A stretch of DNA of 38,125 bases from Octopus sinensis (lineage: Eukaryota). Shown here piece by piece: positions 22,114-33,689 of the stretch; position 1 is the stretch's first letter; every line of letters starts with the position of its first letter. A program made the position numbers and the translations under genes. The notes beneath the pieces are model-generated. The model ran no database searches, had not been told where the DNA came from, and saw only the letters and a list, made by a program, of their open reading frames with translations. The stretch spans positions 1-38,125 of the forward strand of contig NW_021836814.1 in assembly GCF_006345805.1 (NCBI RefSeq), given 5' to 3'.

Positions 22114-25100
22114 CTAGTTTGTGAATCCACCTCTGATACGTGGCACTTGATCAACAAGGGAGTTCGATGCTGCTGCCCGCATCCGTGTCTCCTGTCGTGA
22201 GGTAGGTTCATCTGGGACTCCCAACAAGAAGAGATCCAGTTAGTTTTAAAGAAACCCACATCCACACCATGTAAGTCTCTCAGGCATTTAGGGAGGATGT
22301 TAAAGAGCTGTGGTCCTCTGAACCCAAGCTGTTGCAGTATCTGGACCTGTATTTTGATGGTGATGTTGGAATCCTTGGCACCACGCAGCGGCGCCCCGTT
22401 CTGCGGTTGGAGTAACTTTGAATGCCAAAGTTTGGGACAAGACCCTCCAGGATTTTCCAGATGTATATCACTGCATATCTCTCCCGCCTCCGCTCCAGGG
22501 AGAAGAGGTTTAATACCTTCAGTCTTTCCCAGTAGCTGACATTTTGCATTGAGACGATTTTCTTTGTGTAGGTTCTGAGTTGCTTCGAGTTCTGCTGTTT
22601 GTTTTATATTGTGTGGTGACCAAAGTTGGGAGCAGTAGTCCAAGCGGCTGAGGACAAATGTTTTCCATAGGACCATCAGTGTCTCCTTCTCTCTTGTTCT
22701 GAAAGTTCGGAGAATCCATCCAGCTAGCCGTCTGCATTTTATCACCAGATTAGCAATATGCATTTGGAAAGATGCATCATTGCTCATGTCAATGCCCAGG
22801 TCACGCACTGATTTTGACTCAGGGATTGCAATTCTTCCTGGGCCAGTGTATCCAGTCTTCACGTCATTTACCTTTGTGTGCCAGTAGCGCAGGGCCTGGA
22901 ACTTACCTGCATTAAACTGCATGTTGTTGTTGTCCTCAGCCCACCTGTATATTGTGTCCAGCTCATGTTGCAGATGCGCAATATTTTCAGGGTTTTGTAT
23001 GCGTGGGAGACTTTTGTGTCATCTGCATAGCTAGCAAGGGTGGTCATCGTAGCAACTGAAGGCATGTCTGAAAGGGCCACTATGAACATCAGTGGCCCCA
23101 AGACAGTGCCCTGTGGGACACCGCTTGTTATTTGCGTTTCCCTGGAGGTGGCTCCATTGCTCACAACTGCCTGTTTTCTGTCTTTTAGGAAGTTGTGCAG
23201 CCACTCTCCAAGTTTCCCGCTATGCCGAGACACGCAGTTTGTGACAGATCATACCATGGTCGACTTTATCAAAGGCTTTTGCAAAGTCAAGATTATATTA
23301 CATCCACATTTGAGCCATTTAGTAGCTGTTTCAACACCCAGTCATAGTGTTGCAGGAGCTGTGTTAGGCAGCCTCTACCTGGTCGAAATCCATGCTGGGT
23401 GTCAGACAGTAAGTCATTTTCTTCAAGGAACATGATTATTCTTACGGACTATTCGTTCCATGACTTTGCTGATGTGTGAGGTCAGAGAGATAGGCCTATA
23501 ATTTTTAGCATCTGCTCTGCTACCTCCCTTATGGATAGGGCATATTACCCCCTCTTTCAGTTTGACTGGGAGCTTACCACTTGCAAGAAAGCTCAGAAAA
23601 AGAAGCTGTAGCGGTTTTGCAAGGGCTCGCTTGCACGATTTGAGAAGGATCGCTGGGAATCCATCAGGTCCAGCAGCTGAGTTTGTGTCAATCTCATCAA
23701 TGGCTAGTGTGATATCATCTTCTTCGATGTTGATGTACTCAATTTTTGTCTCTTTGGCCGGTGGTAAAGTGGCAAAGAATTCTTCTGGGTTGGTTTTGCC
23801 TGTGTCCTAGAGGTGTAGTGAACACACTTTGGAACTGTTCGTTCAGTATTTCACTTATCCTCGTGGGATTCCCTGTGGAGAGCCATCTTTTTGGAAGAGA
23901 GGTCCTATTCTCTGGTGCACTGTGGCTGTCTCTTTGGCAAACTTAAAGAAGCTTTAGGGTTTGATTTTATTTTTCTATTACCCAAGCTTCTTTATCTGCT
24001 CTCTCCTTTTCATGGGACTGATGTAGACTTTTCTCAGTTTCCATTAGCATTCTTTCGAGCCGAGACTTCTCACCACTTTTGGTGTGCTTGCTCAGGCGGT
24101 TTGCAATCCTGTCCGTCGTCTCATAAGAATCCTCCTTTCTCTAGGGATCCTGTTTTTGTTCTTGTGTGTGCTGGCCCTGCACATTGGGACATATTTGTCA
24201 CATATGACTTGTATTATGGACATGAAGTGTTTGTGTTTCATGTTTATGTCCGGTGTGGAGAGACATTCAGGCCAATCCTGTTTGAGGATCTCTTTCTCAA
24301 TCGACTTCCAGTTGGCTTTATGAAAGTTTAAGTTGGAGAGATGGTGGTGGTCGTATAGGCTGTGTGTCTGCGGGGGGCTTTTGTTCCATACATAGACAGC
24401 TATTATGTTGTGATCCGAGATCATTGTCGGCATCACATTAACATTATGGATAATATCCATATTGTTTGTGAAGCAGAGATCCAGTATATTATCTGCCCTT
24501 GTTGGTTGCAGAACTATTTGCTCCATGAAAGAGGTATTTGTGAGATGGAGCAGGGACTCCACCTGTGCTGCTGATGGTGTGTGTCATCCCTGGGAGCATC
24601 TGCCCCCCAGGCCATTCCACATTTGGGAGGTTAAAGTCACCCATGAAGAATACACTGTTGTGCTGTTCAAGGTTGGTGAGGACTTCTCCTATTTTTGTTA
24701 GGCAGTCTTCAAACATGCCTGAGTTTTTTGGGGCGTCTGGTGGGCGATATGTAGTGCATATGACGATATTCAGTTGTCTTATGTGTACAATTTGAGTTTC
24801 ACATACTGAGTTTGAATATGACAGCAGGACCTGGGGCGTGAGGTCATCTCGGATGTACATTGCAACTCCACCATGGCTCCTCCCTTTTCTATCTGTGCGT
24901 ATGACTGTATATTGCGGCATGTGTATTTCTGCATCACCTATATCGGGTTCAAGATGCGTTTCTGTGAGTGCCATGCATACAGCTTGATTGCATGTCACAA
25001 GGTCTCTCAGGAATGAAATTTTCTTTTTACAGTTTCCGCGCAGCAGCCCTCCTACATTCAGTAGAAATATTTTTGTGGTGTGTGTGTTGGTGTTGGTGTC

Positions 25101-25205
25101 TGTGGTGGCCATCCTGCATCTATTGGAGGTGGCCTTATGTGGTGGTAGTTCCAGCTTTGTGCTTGTAGCCAGGTCAGCTGCTGAACAATTTTTTGTGCCA
25201 TGCAC
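22114..25205 (-). pseudogene. LINE ORF2: apurinic endonuclease plus reverse transcriptase, frameshifted as assembled (~1030 codons when repaired)
   Basis: Endonuclease motifs LTETHL, YRPP, GDFNLP, LDLCFTN and SDHNII. RT motifs GPDGFP, NYRPISLTSHISKVMERIV, QHGFRPGRGCLTQLL, DFAKAFDKVDH, GVPQGTVLGP and YADDTK. C-terminal LDYCSQLWSP and LERRRERYAVIYIWKILEGLVPN. Stop TAG at 22114-22116. Confidence 0.95.
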
Positions 25206-25954
25206 AAAAAAGACTGCTGTTCAGCTGCCGCCCTTCTCACATCTGGGTGAAGCTGGCCACCTGTTGGGTTTCCGCGCACCACATCTGCATACCGTCTTTC
25301 AGTAGTGGTCAGTGCGCTTTTTTCCCTTCTTTTAACTTTTTGTTTTTGTTCTCCCTGAGGGAGGGACCTCTGTCTCGCGTCCGTGCGGTTTTGGTAGGGC
25401 CTCCGATGTGAAAAGCGACAGTTTGCACCTTCAACGCCGTACCAGCAGTCCCCCCTCAGGTAGAATTTGCAGGTGTTTCTTTCCCTGCCCTTACAGTTTT
25501 TGCTGGGGTCCCTCTGCTTTCTCTGGACAGGGCTTCCTTTAGCCTTGATTCTGTCACCCTTTACCTCCTGCTTCCCATCAATTCCAGGATGCCTTTCCTT
25601 TCTTGCGGCCATCGCACCTCTTTGGTCTTCAGTTGTGGTGTTGGAAGCTGGACATGTGTCATCGTTTCCCTGTGTTCTAGGCTTCTCCATTTGGCTCTGG
25701 ATGCTTTCCTCATCCTTTTGGCCCTCCCTGCTGCCGTCACCTCCCAGGATGATGTCCAGGGTGTCCACATGTTGCCTGATTAGAGCGTACGAACGGATAA
25801 CTTCTCTCTTCTTTCGCTCTATCTGGGCGGTGGTTCTCGAAAAATTGTTGCTTTTCAGCGCCGCAGCAGTAATGTCGTTCGGCGAGTCGTCCTCAGCGAT
25901 CTTCCAAGCGCGGACGAACAATTGCACCTCTCTCGCAGACCAGTTTCTTGCCAT
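25058..25954 (-). CDS. LINE ORF1, 298 aa, intact; N-terminal Myb/SANT(trihelix)-like segment and a CCCH zinc finger
   Basis: Open frame directly upstream of and overlapping ORF2. It contains NWSAREVQLFVRAWK..ITAAALKSNNFSRTTAQIERKKREVIRSY and CKFYLRGDCWYGVEGANCRFSH (C-x7-C-x8-C-x3-H). Domain calls are by eye. Confidence 0.8.
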   Translation of the reverse strand: MARNWSAREVQLFVRAWKIAEDDSPNDITAAALKSNNFSRTTAQIERKKREVIRSYALIRQHVDTLDIILGGDGSREGQKDEESIQSQMEKPRTQGNDDTCPASNTTTEDQRGAMAARKERHPGIDGKQEVKGDRIKAKGSPVQRKQRDPSKNCKGRERNTCKFYLRGDCWYGVEGANCRFSHRRPYQNRTDARQRSLPQGEQKQKVKRREKSALTTTERRYADVVRGNPTGGQLHPDVRRAAAEQQSFLCMAQKIVQQLTWLQAQSWNYHHIRPPPIDAGWPPQTPTPTHTPQKYFY

Positions 25955-25974
25955 TTTCTTCTAGTGAAATATAG

Positions 25975-26870
25975 GAACAGAGAGAGAGATAGAGAAGGAG
26001 AGATATGGAGAGGGAGAAGAGAAAGGAGAAAAGCCAGGGGGGGATAGAGAGAGAGACGAGGGGATTGTCCTGAGAGAAGAGAGAAGAGAGAGAGAAAAAA
26101 GAGGGAAAAAAAGAGAAAGGTGAAAGAATGGCAGGTCAGCAGGGGGAGAGTGAGCGGGATAGAGGTGTAGTAGAAAGGGACAGGTTGGAAAAGTGAGATA
26201 AGAGGGTGGACCCTAGGGGGAGCAGGGAGAAGAAAGGCGGAGAGATAAAATGGAGAGGAAGAGAGAGATGAAATGGAGAGGGAGAGAGAGAGAGGGCAGG
26301 ATAGATGTACCAGGGAGTGAAGTAAAGGGACAGAGAGGGTGGTGTGGAGGAAGGAGACAGAGAGGAAAAAAGAGACAGGGGGTGGTGAGCCTTAGAGGGA
26401 ACAAGGAGAGGAAAGGTAGGAAGAAAAAAGGGGGGAAGAGGAAGAGAGGGGGCGCAACAGAGTGTAGTAAAGGGACAGGGAGGGTGGTGTAGAGAAAGAA
26501 ATAAGGGGACAGAAGGGGAAGAGGAAAAGGGGTTTGACCTGTGAAGGAGCGGAGAGGAAAGAGGCAGAGAGAGGGAGGGGGAGTAACAGAGAGAGAGAGA
26601 GAAAGAGGGCGGTATATAGATACAAGAGAGAATGAGTGAAGTTGAGGAACTGAGAGAGGGGGTGAGGTGAGAGAAAGTTGATCTGAGAGAGATGCAGAGA
26701 GAGAAACGATTGCAGAGGGAGAGAGAGGGAGGAGGGGAGGGAGAGAGAGGGAGGAGGGGAGAGTGAGAGCGGAAATAGAGGGTCTGGTGGATGGGGAGAC
26801 AGATAAGGTATAAACTGTATGAGAGAGATAGAAATAGAAATGTAGAAAGAGAGGGAGAGATTATAAAGAT
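25975..26870. repeat. Polypurine (GA/GGA-rich) low-complexity tract within the putative LINE 5' UTR
   Basis: Strong purine bias on the + strand, i.e. pyrimidine-rich on the element's sense strand. Confidence 0.85.
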
Positions 26871-27672
26871 AGAATAGCGCGTATTTTTATATCTTTTTTT
26901 TATTATTTTCTGTTTGAAAGAACACTAATGATAACAAATAATAAAAATGTATGAGAGAGATAGAGATAGAAATGTAAAAAAGAGAAAGAGAGAGTGCGTG
27001 GCAGGCACGGAGGACGAAATTATAAAGATTATAAAGATAGAATACCGCGTATTTTTATATTTTTATATCTTTTTTTTTTTATTATTATTTTCTGTTTGAA
27101 AGAACACTAATGATAACAAAATAAATAATATCTTACCTTACCGGCTGAGAGAGTACTTACGTGATTCCTTTTTATAAGAAAGGAAGATAGATAGACAAGA
27201 CAGACCTTTTATATTCCTCCCCAAGCGCACTTTGTAAACAAAAGGGGTTTGAGTTTCGATTTAGCACATGCAACAGTTTCACGATACTTTCTGTATTTTC
27301 CTAAGCGATTTGGTATTAAGCAGCAAATTTCTCAGAGACTTTTTTCAGAACACGCAGATATACATCAAAAACGAAAATATCCTTCTAAAAAATACTGTGT
27401 CTTGTTGATTCACAGACGAAGAATAAAATTCACTTCGATTTCGGGAAGTAACACACGTGCGTTTTAACACGTGTATTCGCTAGTATGTTCTAGTTGCAAA
27501 TACTACATCAAAAGCGAAAATATTCTTCTCAAATACAGTGACTTGTTGTACTATCACTTATATTCGCATTGCAGACAATTTCATTCTGATAACATCGATC
27601 TCTGGAAGGACTTCTTTAATATTTAGGAGAGACACGATAACACAATTGTTGTTAGTTCAGCGCCATCTTGAC

Positions 27673-27733
27673 ATATATGTGTATATATATATGCATATGT
27701 ATATATATGCATATGTATATGTATATATATATG

Positions 27734-27764
<31 letters not shown>

Positions 27765-27857
27765 GTATATATATGTGTATATATGTGTGTGTATATGGGT
27801 TGTTATATATATAATGTGTATATATATATTATATATATTGATATATATATGTATATA

Positions 27858-27888
<31 letters not shown>

Positions 27889-30393
27889 GTAATATATATG
27901 TTAATATATATATTATATATAATATGTATATATATTTAATGCATATATATGTATATATATATGTATACTATATGTATATAATATGTATTATATATATGTA
28001 TATATATGTATTTATATATATGTATTTATATATATGGTATATATGTAGTTAGTATATGTATATATATATCTATAGTATATATATGTAATATATGTATATA
28101 TATGTATTATATGTATATATGTATATATATGTATGTATAGATTAATATATAATGTATATATATGTGTATTATATGTATTTATATATATGTATATATATGT
28201 GTATATATTATTTAATATATATGTATATATATGTATATATATGTATATATATGTGTATTATATGTATATATATGTGTATATATATGTATATATAGGTATT
28301 ATATGTATATATAGATATATATATATGTATATATATATGCATGTATATGTATGTTAATATATGTTATATATTCTATGTGTATATATTATGTGTATCTATA
28401 ATGTGTATATATGTGTATTATATGCATATATATATATGTATATATATATATATGCATATATATATGTATATATTATATGCATATATATATATATGGTATA
28501 TATATAGATGCATATATATATATGCATATATATATAATGCTATATATATATGTATATATATTGTATATATATATATACATATATAAGTATACATATGTAT
28601 GTATGCATATATATATGTATATAATATGTATACATATATATGTATACATATATATGTATACATATATATGTATATACATATATGTATACATATATGTATA
28701 CATATATATGTATATACATATATATGTATACATATATGTATACATATATATGTATATACATATATATGTATACATATATATGTATATATATATATACATA
28801 TATGTAGACATATATAGTATATTATATGTATATATATATATACATACATATATATGATAATATATGTATATATAGTATACATATATATGTTATATGTATA
28901 TATATATATATGTATATATATATATACATATATATGTATATATACAATATATGTATATATATATATTACATATATATGTATATTATATATATTACTATAT
29001 ATGTATATATATATACCTATATATGTAATATATTGTATATATTATATGTATATATATGTATATATTATACATATATATACATTATTGTATATATATACAT
29101 ATTAGTATATATACATATATATTGTAATGTATATATACATATTTATGTATATGTATATATACATATATATGTATATATATATATACATATATATGTATAT
29201 ATATATTATACATATATATGTATATATATATATACATATATATGTATAATATATATACAATATATGTATATATATATGTATATATATATACAATATATAC
29301 ATATCTGTATTTATATTTATGTCTATATATATATGTATATATATATTATTTATATTTATGTATATATTATGTATATATATATATTATTTATATTTATGTA
29401 TATATAGTACTATATATATTTAATTATATTTGTGGATATATATATGTACATGATATATATATATGACATATATATATAGTACATATATATAATATGATAT
29501 ATAATATTATTTATATTTTGTATATATATGTACATATATATATTATTTATATTACGTATATATATGTACATATATATATATTATTTATATTTACGTATAT
29601 ATATGACATATATATATATTATATATTATGTATATATATGTACATATATATATATTTATATTTATGTATATTATGTACATATATATATATTATTTTATTT
29701 ATGTATATATATATATATGTACATATATATATGTATATATATATTATTATATTATTTATATATTATATATATATAATATATTTATTTATATTTATGTATA
29801 TTATATGTACATATATATATATTTATATTTATGATATATATATGTACCATATATATATATTTATATTATATATATATATTATTATATTATGTATATTATA
29901 TGTACATATTATATTATTATATTTATGTATATATATATGTACATATATATATATAGGTATGTGTATATATATTATTTATATTTATGTATATTCTATGTAA
30001 TATATATAGATTTTTATTTATGTATATATATATTACAATATATATATATTGTATCTGTATATTTATATTTATGTATATATATATGTACCATATATATATA
30101 GAGTTATAGTGATATTTATATTTATGTATATATGAGTATATATATTATATATATTATGTATATATATGTATATATATAATTATTTATATTATGTTATATA
30201 TATGTACATATATATATTATTTATATTTATGTATTATATATGTAACATATATATATATGTATATGTATATTTATATTTATGTATATATATATGTATATAT
30301 ATATATTATTTATATTTATGTATATATATATGTATATATATATATTATTTATATTTATGTATATATATATGTACATATATATATATATGTATA

Positions 30394-30429
<36 letters not shown>

Positions 30430-30505
30430 CTATATGTACCTATATGTTTATACATATATATATATACATATATTGTATTTATATTTATATAAATATACAC
30501 ACATA
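27673..30505. repeat. ~2.8 kb degenerate (TA)n field with successive higher-order sub-domains
   Basis: Motifs shift from (TATG) variants to (TATGTATACATA) at ~28620-28800 to (TTTATATTTATGTATA) at ~29300-30380. Confidence 0.97.
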
Positions 30506-30509
30506 TATT

Positions 30510-30865
30510 CGTGTGGTAAGAACCTCGCTCACCAGCCACATGGTTTCCCATTCAGTGTCCTCTACTACAGCCTCGGGCCAACGAAGCTATTGTGAGTGTA
30601 TTTGGTAGACGGAAACTGAAAAATGCCCGTCGTATATATGTATATGCATATATATATATGTGTGTGTGTGTGTGTTTGCCCCCACCCCCAACATCACTTT
30701 GCAACCGATGCTGGTGTGTTTACATCCACATAACTTAGCGGTACGGCAAATGAGCCCGATAGAATAAGTACTGGGCTTACAAAGAATAAGTCCTGGAGTC
30801 GCTTTGCTCGACTAAAGGCGGTGCTCCAGCAAGGCCACAGTCAAATAACTGAAACGAGTAAAACA
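30510..30865 (+). mobile_element. SINE family B, near full length with a small internal deletion in the head
   Basis: Colinear with 3474-3842 at the ends and with 9475-9656 in the 3' half. Confidence 0.9.
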
Positions 30866-30913
30866 GGTATAGGTATACATACGCATACGCGCGCGCATAC
30901 ACACACAAACACA

Positions 30914-31304
30914 GGGGGGGGAAGCACTCCGTCGTTTACGACGATGAGTGTTCCGGTTGATCCGAATCAACGGAACAGCCTGCTCGTGAAATTAACGTGT
31001 AAGTGGCTGAGCACTCCACAGACACCTGTACCCTTAACGTAGTTCTCGAGGATATTCAGCGTGACTCAGAGAGTGACAAGGCCGGGCTTTTGAAATACAG
31101 GTACAACAGAAAGAGGAAGTAAGAGTGAGAGAAAGTTGTGGTGAAAGAGTACAGCAGGGATCACCACAATCCCCTGCCGGAGCCTCGTGGAGCTTTAGGT
31201 GTTTTTTGCTCAATAAACACTCACAACGCCTGGTCTGGGTATCGAAACCACGATCCTATGACCGCGAGTCCGCTGCCCTAACCACTGGGCCATTGCGCCT
31301 CCAC
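30914..31304 (-). mobile_element. SINE family A, full length, 12 bp TSD
   Basis: The head on the reverse strand is gtggaggcgcaatggcccagtggttagggcagcggactcgcggtc. TSD cacacaaacaca at 30902-30913 and 31305-31316. Confidence 0.93.
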
Positions 31305-31519
31305 CACACAAACACATATATCATTAAACAAATGTTGAAATAAAGGAAATGGTAAATAAGCAAGAATGCGGAAAGGCAGAGGTCTAATATTATTGCTATG
31401 CTGTCACATTTACCTTCATCGCTTTGGCTCCTGATTACATGTTCAGTTCCCTGAACACTAACACGAATATTATTGCATTCCTTTTTCAAAAACTAAACCA
31501 TTTTACCCCTGCTTTTATG

Positions 31520-31935
31520 CCATTACTTATGCCATCATCATTATCGTCATCATCATCCTCATAATCATCATCATCACCATCATCATTCTCATCATAATCA
31601 TCATTATCATTATCATCGTCATCATCATCATCACCATCATCATCGCTCTCATAATCATCATCATCATCATTATCATCGTCATCCTCACCATCGTCATCAT
31701 CGTCATCGTCTGCATCATCATCATCGTCATCATAATCATCATCGTCATCATCGTCATAATCATCATCGTCATCATCATCGTCATAATCATCATCGTCATC
31801 ATAATCGTCATAATCATCATCATCACCATCATCACTACCACCACCACCATCATCACCACCACCACTTCCGTCATCACCATCACCACCACCACCATCGTCA
31901 TCATCATCACCAGCAGCAGCAGCAGCGTCATCATC
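31520..31935. repeat. (ATC)n/(GTC)n/(ACC)n trinucleotide field
   Basis: Directly visible. Confidence 0.95.
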
Positions 31936-33657
31936 GTTAGCGTGGATACGGCAAAATGTAAATAAATTACCTGGTATAAATCCGAATGGAAAATTTGGAT
32001 GATCCCTTTGATGCACCCTCTGTAGATTAGCTTTCATTTCTGCAGATAATCACATCCTAAAGCCTCTGATCCCATTATTACTCCCAGAACCATCAACTAA
32101 ATCCTCATTATGGCGCTCCATCAATCGCACAATTGCTTCACTTATCGTCACCGCGATAAACTCATCATCAACTCATCCAGCACATCGTCGTTATGTTGAT
32201 GATGCTGATGCTGATGACGACGACGAAGATGATGATGATGATGATGATGGTGTTGATGATGATGATGATGTTGATGACGATGATGAACTTCGATGTGACA
32301 GTCGTGGTGATGTGGTTATCATCATCATCATCATCATCATCACCAACATCATCACCATCATCACCATCATCATCATCACCACCACCACCAGCATCACAAT
32401 CATCATCACAATCATCACCATCACCATCACCATCATCATCATCTCATCATCATCATCATCACCATCATCACCACCACCACTTCCGTCATCACCATCACCA
32501 CCACCACCATCGTCATCATCATCACCAGCAGCAGCAGCGCGTCATCATCGTTAGCGTGGATACGGCAAAATGTAAATAAATTACCTGGTATAAATCCGAA
32601 TGGAAAATTTGGATGATCCCTTTGATGCACCCTCTGTAGATTAGCTTTCATTTCTGCAGATAATCACATCCTAAAGCCTCTGATCCCATTATTACTCCCA
32701 GAACCATCAACTAAATCCTCATTATGGCGCTCCATCAATCGCACAATTGCTTCACTTATCGTCACCGCGATAAACTCATCATCAACTCATCCAGCACATC
32801 GTCGTTATGTTGATGATGCTGATGCTGATGACGACGACGAAGATGATGATGATGGTGATGATGATGATGGTGTTGATGATGATGATGATGTTGATGACGA
32901 TGATGAACTTCGATGTGACAGTCGTGGTGATGTGGTTATCATCATCATCATCATCATCATCACCAACATCATCACCATCATCACCATCATCATCATCACC
33001 ACCACCACCAGCATCACAATCATCATCACAATCATCACCATCACCATCACCATCATCATCATCGTCATCATCATCACCATCATCATCATCACCACCACCA
33101 CTTCCGTCATCACCATCACCACCACCACCATCGTCATCATCATCACCAGCAGCAGCAGCGCGTCATCATCGTTAGCGTGGATACGGCAAAATGTAAATAA
33201 ATTACCTGGTATAAATCCGAATGGAAAATTTGGATGATCCCTTTGATGCACCCTCTGTAGATTAGCTTTCATTTCTGCAGATAATCACATCCTAAAGCCT
33301 CTGATCCCATTATTACTCCCAGAACCATCAACTAAATCCTCATTATGGCGCTCCATCAATCGCACAATTGCTTCACTTATCGTCACCGCGATAAACTCAT
33401 CATCAACTCATCCAGCACATCGTCGTTATGTTGATGATGCTGATGCTGATGACGACGACGAAGATGATGATGATGGTGATGATGATGATGGTGTTGATGA
33501 TGATGATGATGTTGATGACGATGATGAACTTCGATGTGACAGTCGTGGTGATGTGGTTATCATCATCATCATCATCATCACCAACATCATCACCATCATC
33601 ACCATCATCATCATCACCACCACCACCAGCATCACAATCATCATCACAATCATCACC

Positions 33658-33660
<3 letters not shown>
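31840..33660. repeat. Tandem array of ~3 x 614-621 bp units, each a ~258 bp unique core plus (GAT)n and (ATC)n blocks
   Basis: gttagcgtggatacggc starts at 31936, 32550 and 33171. The cores appear identical by eye. Confidence 0.95.

Positions 33661-33689
<29 letters not shown>

Larger units (their letters stand above)
22039..27672 (-). mobile_element. Apparently full-length CR1/L2-group non-LTR retrotransposon (~5.6 kb)
   Basis: It carries ORF1, an APE-RT ORF2, a 75 bp 3' UTR and a short tandem tail (aaggattt x2 at ~22038-22054). The putative 5' end is gtcaagatggcg (27661-27672). The same 39 bp TA/GCATATG low-complexity string lies on both flanks (21997-22035 and 27682-27720). The 3' end and ORFs are firm; the 5' boundary is inferred. 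Confidence 0.9.

Noticed and set aside
23040-25964. Several plus-strand ORFs of 80-165 aa
   Set aside because: They are antisense shadows of LINE ORF1/ORF2.
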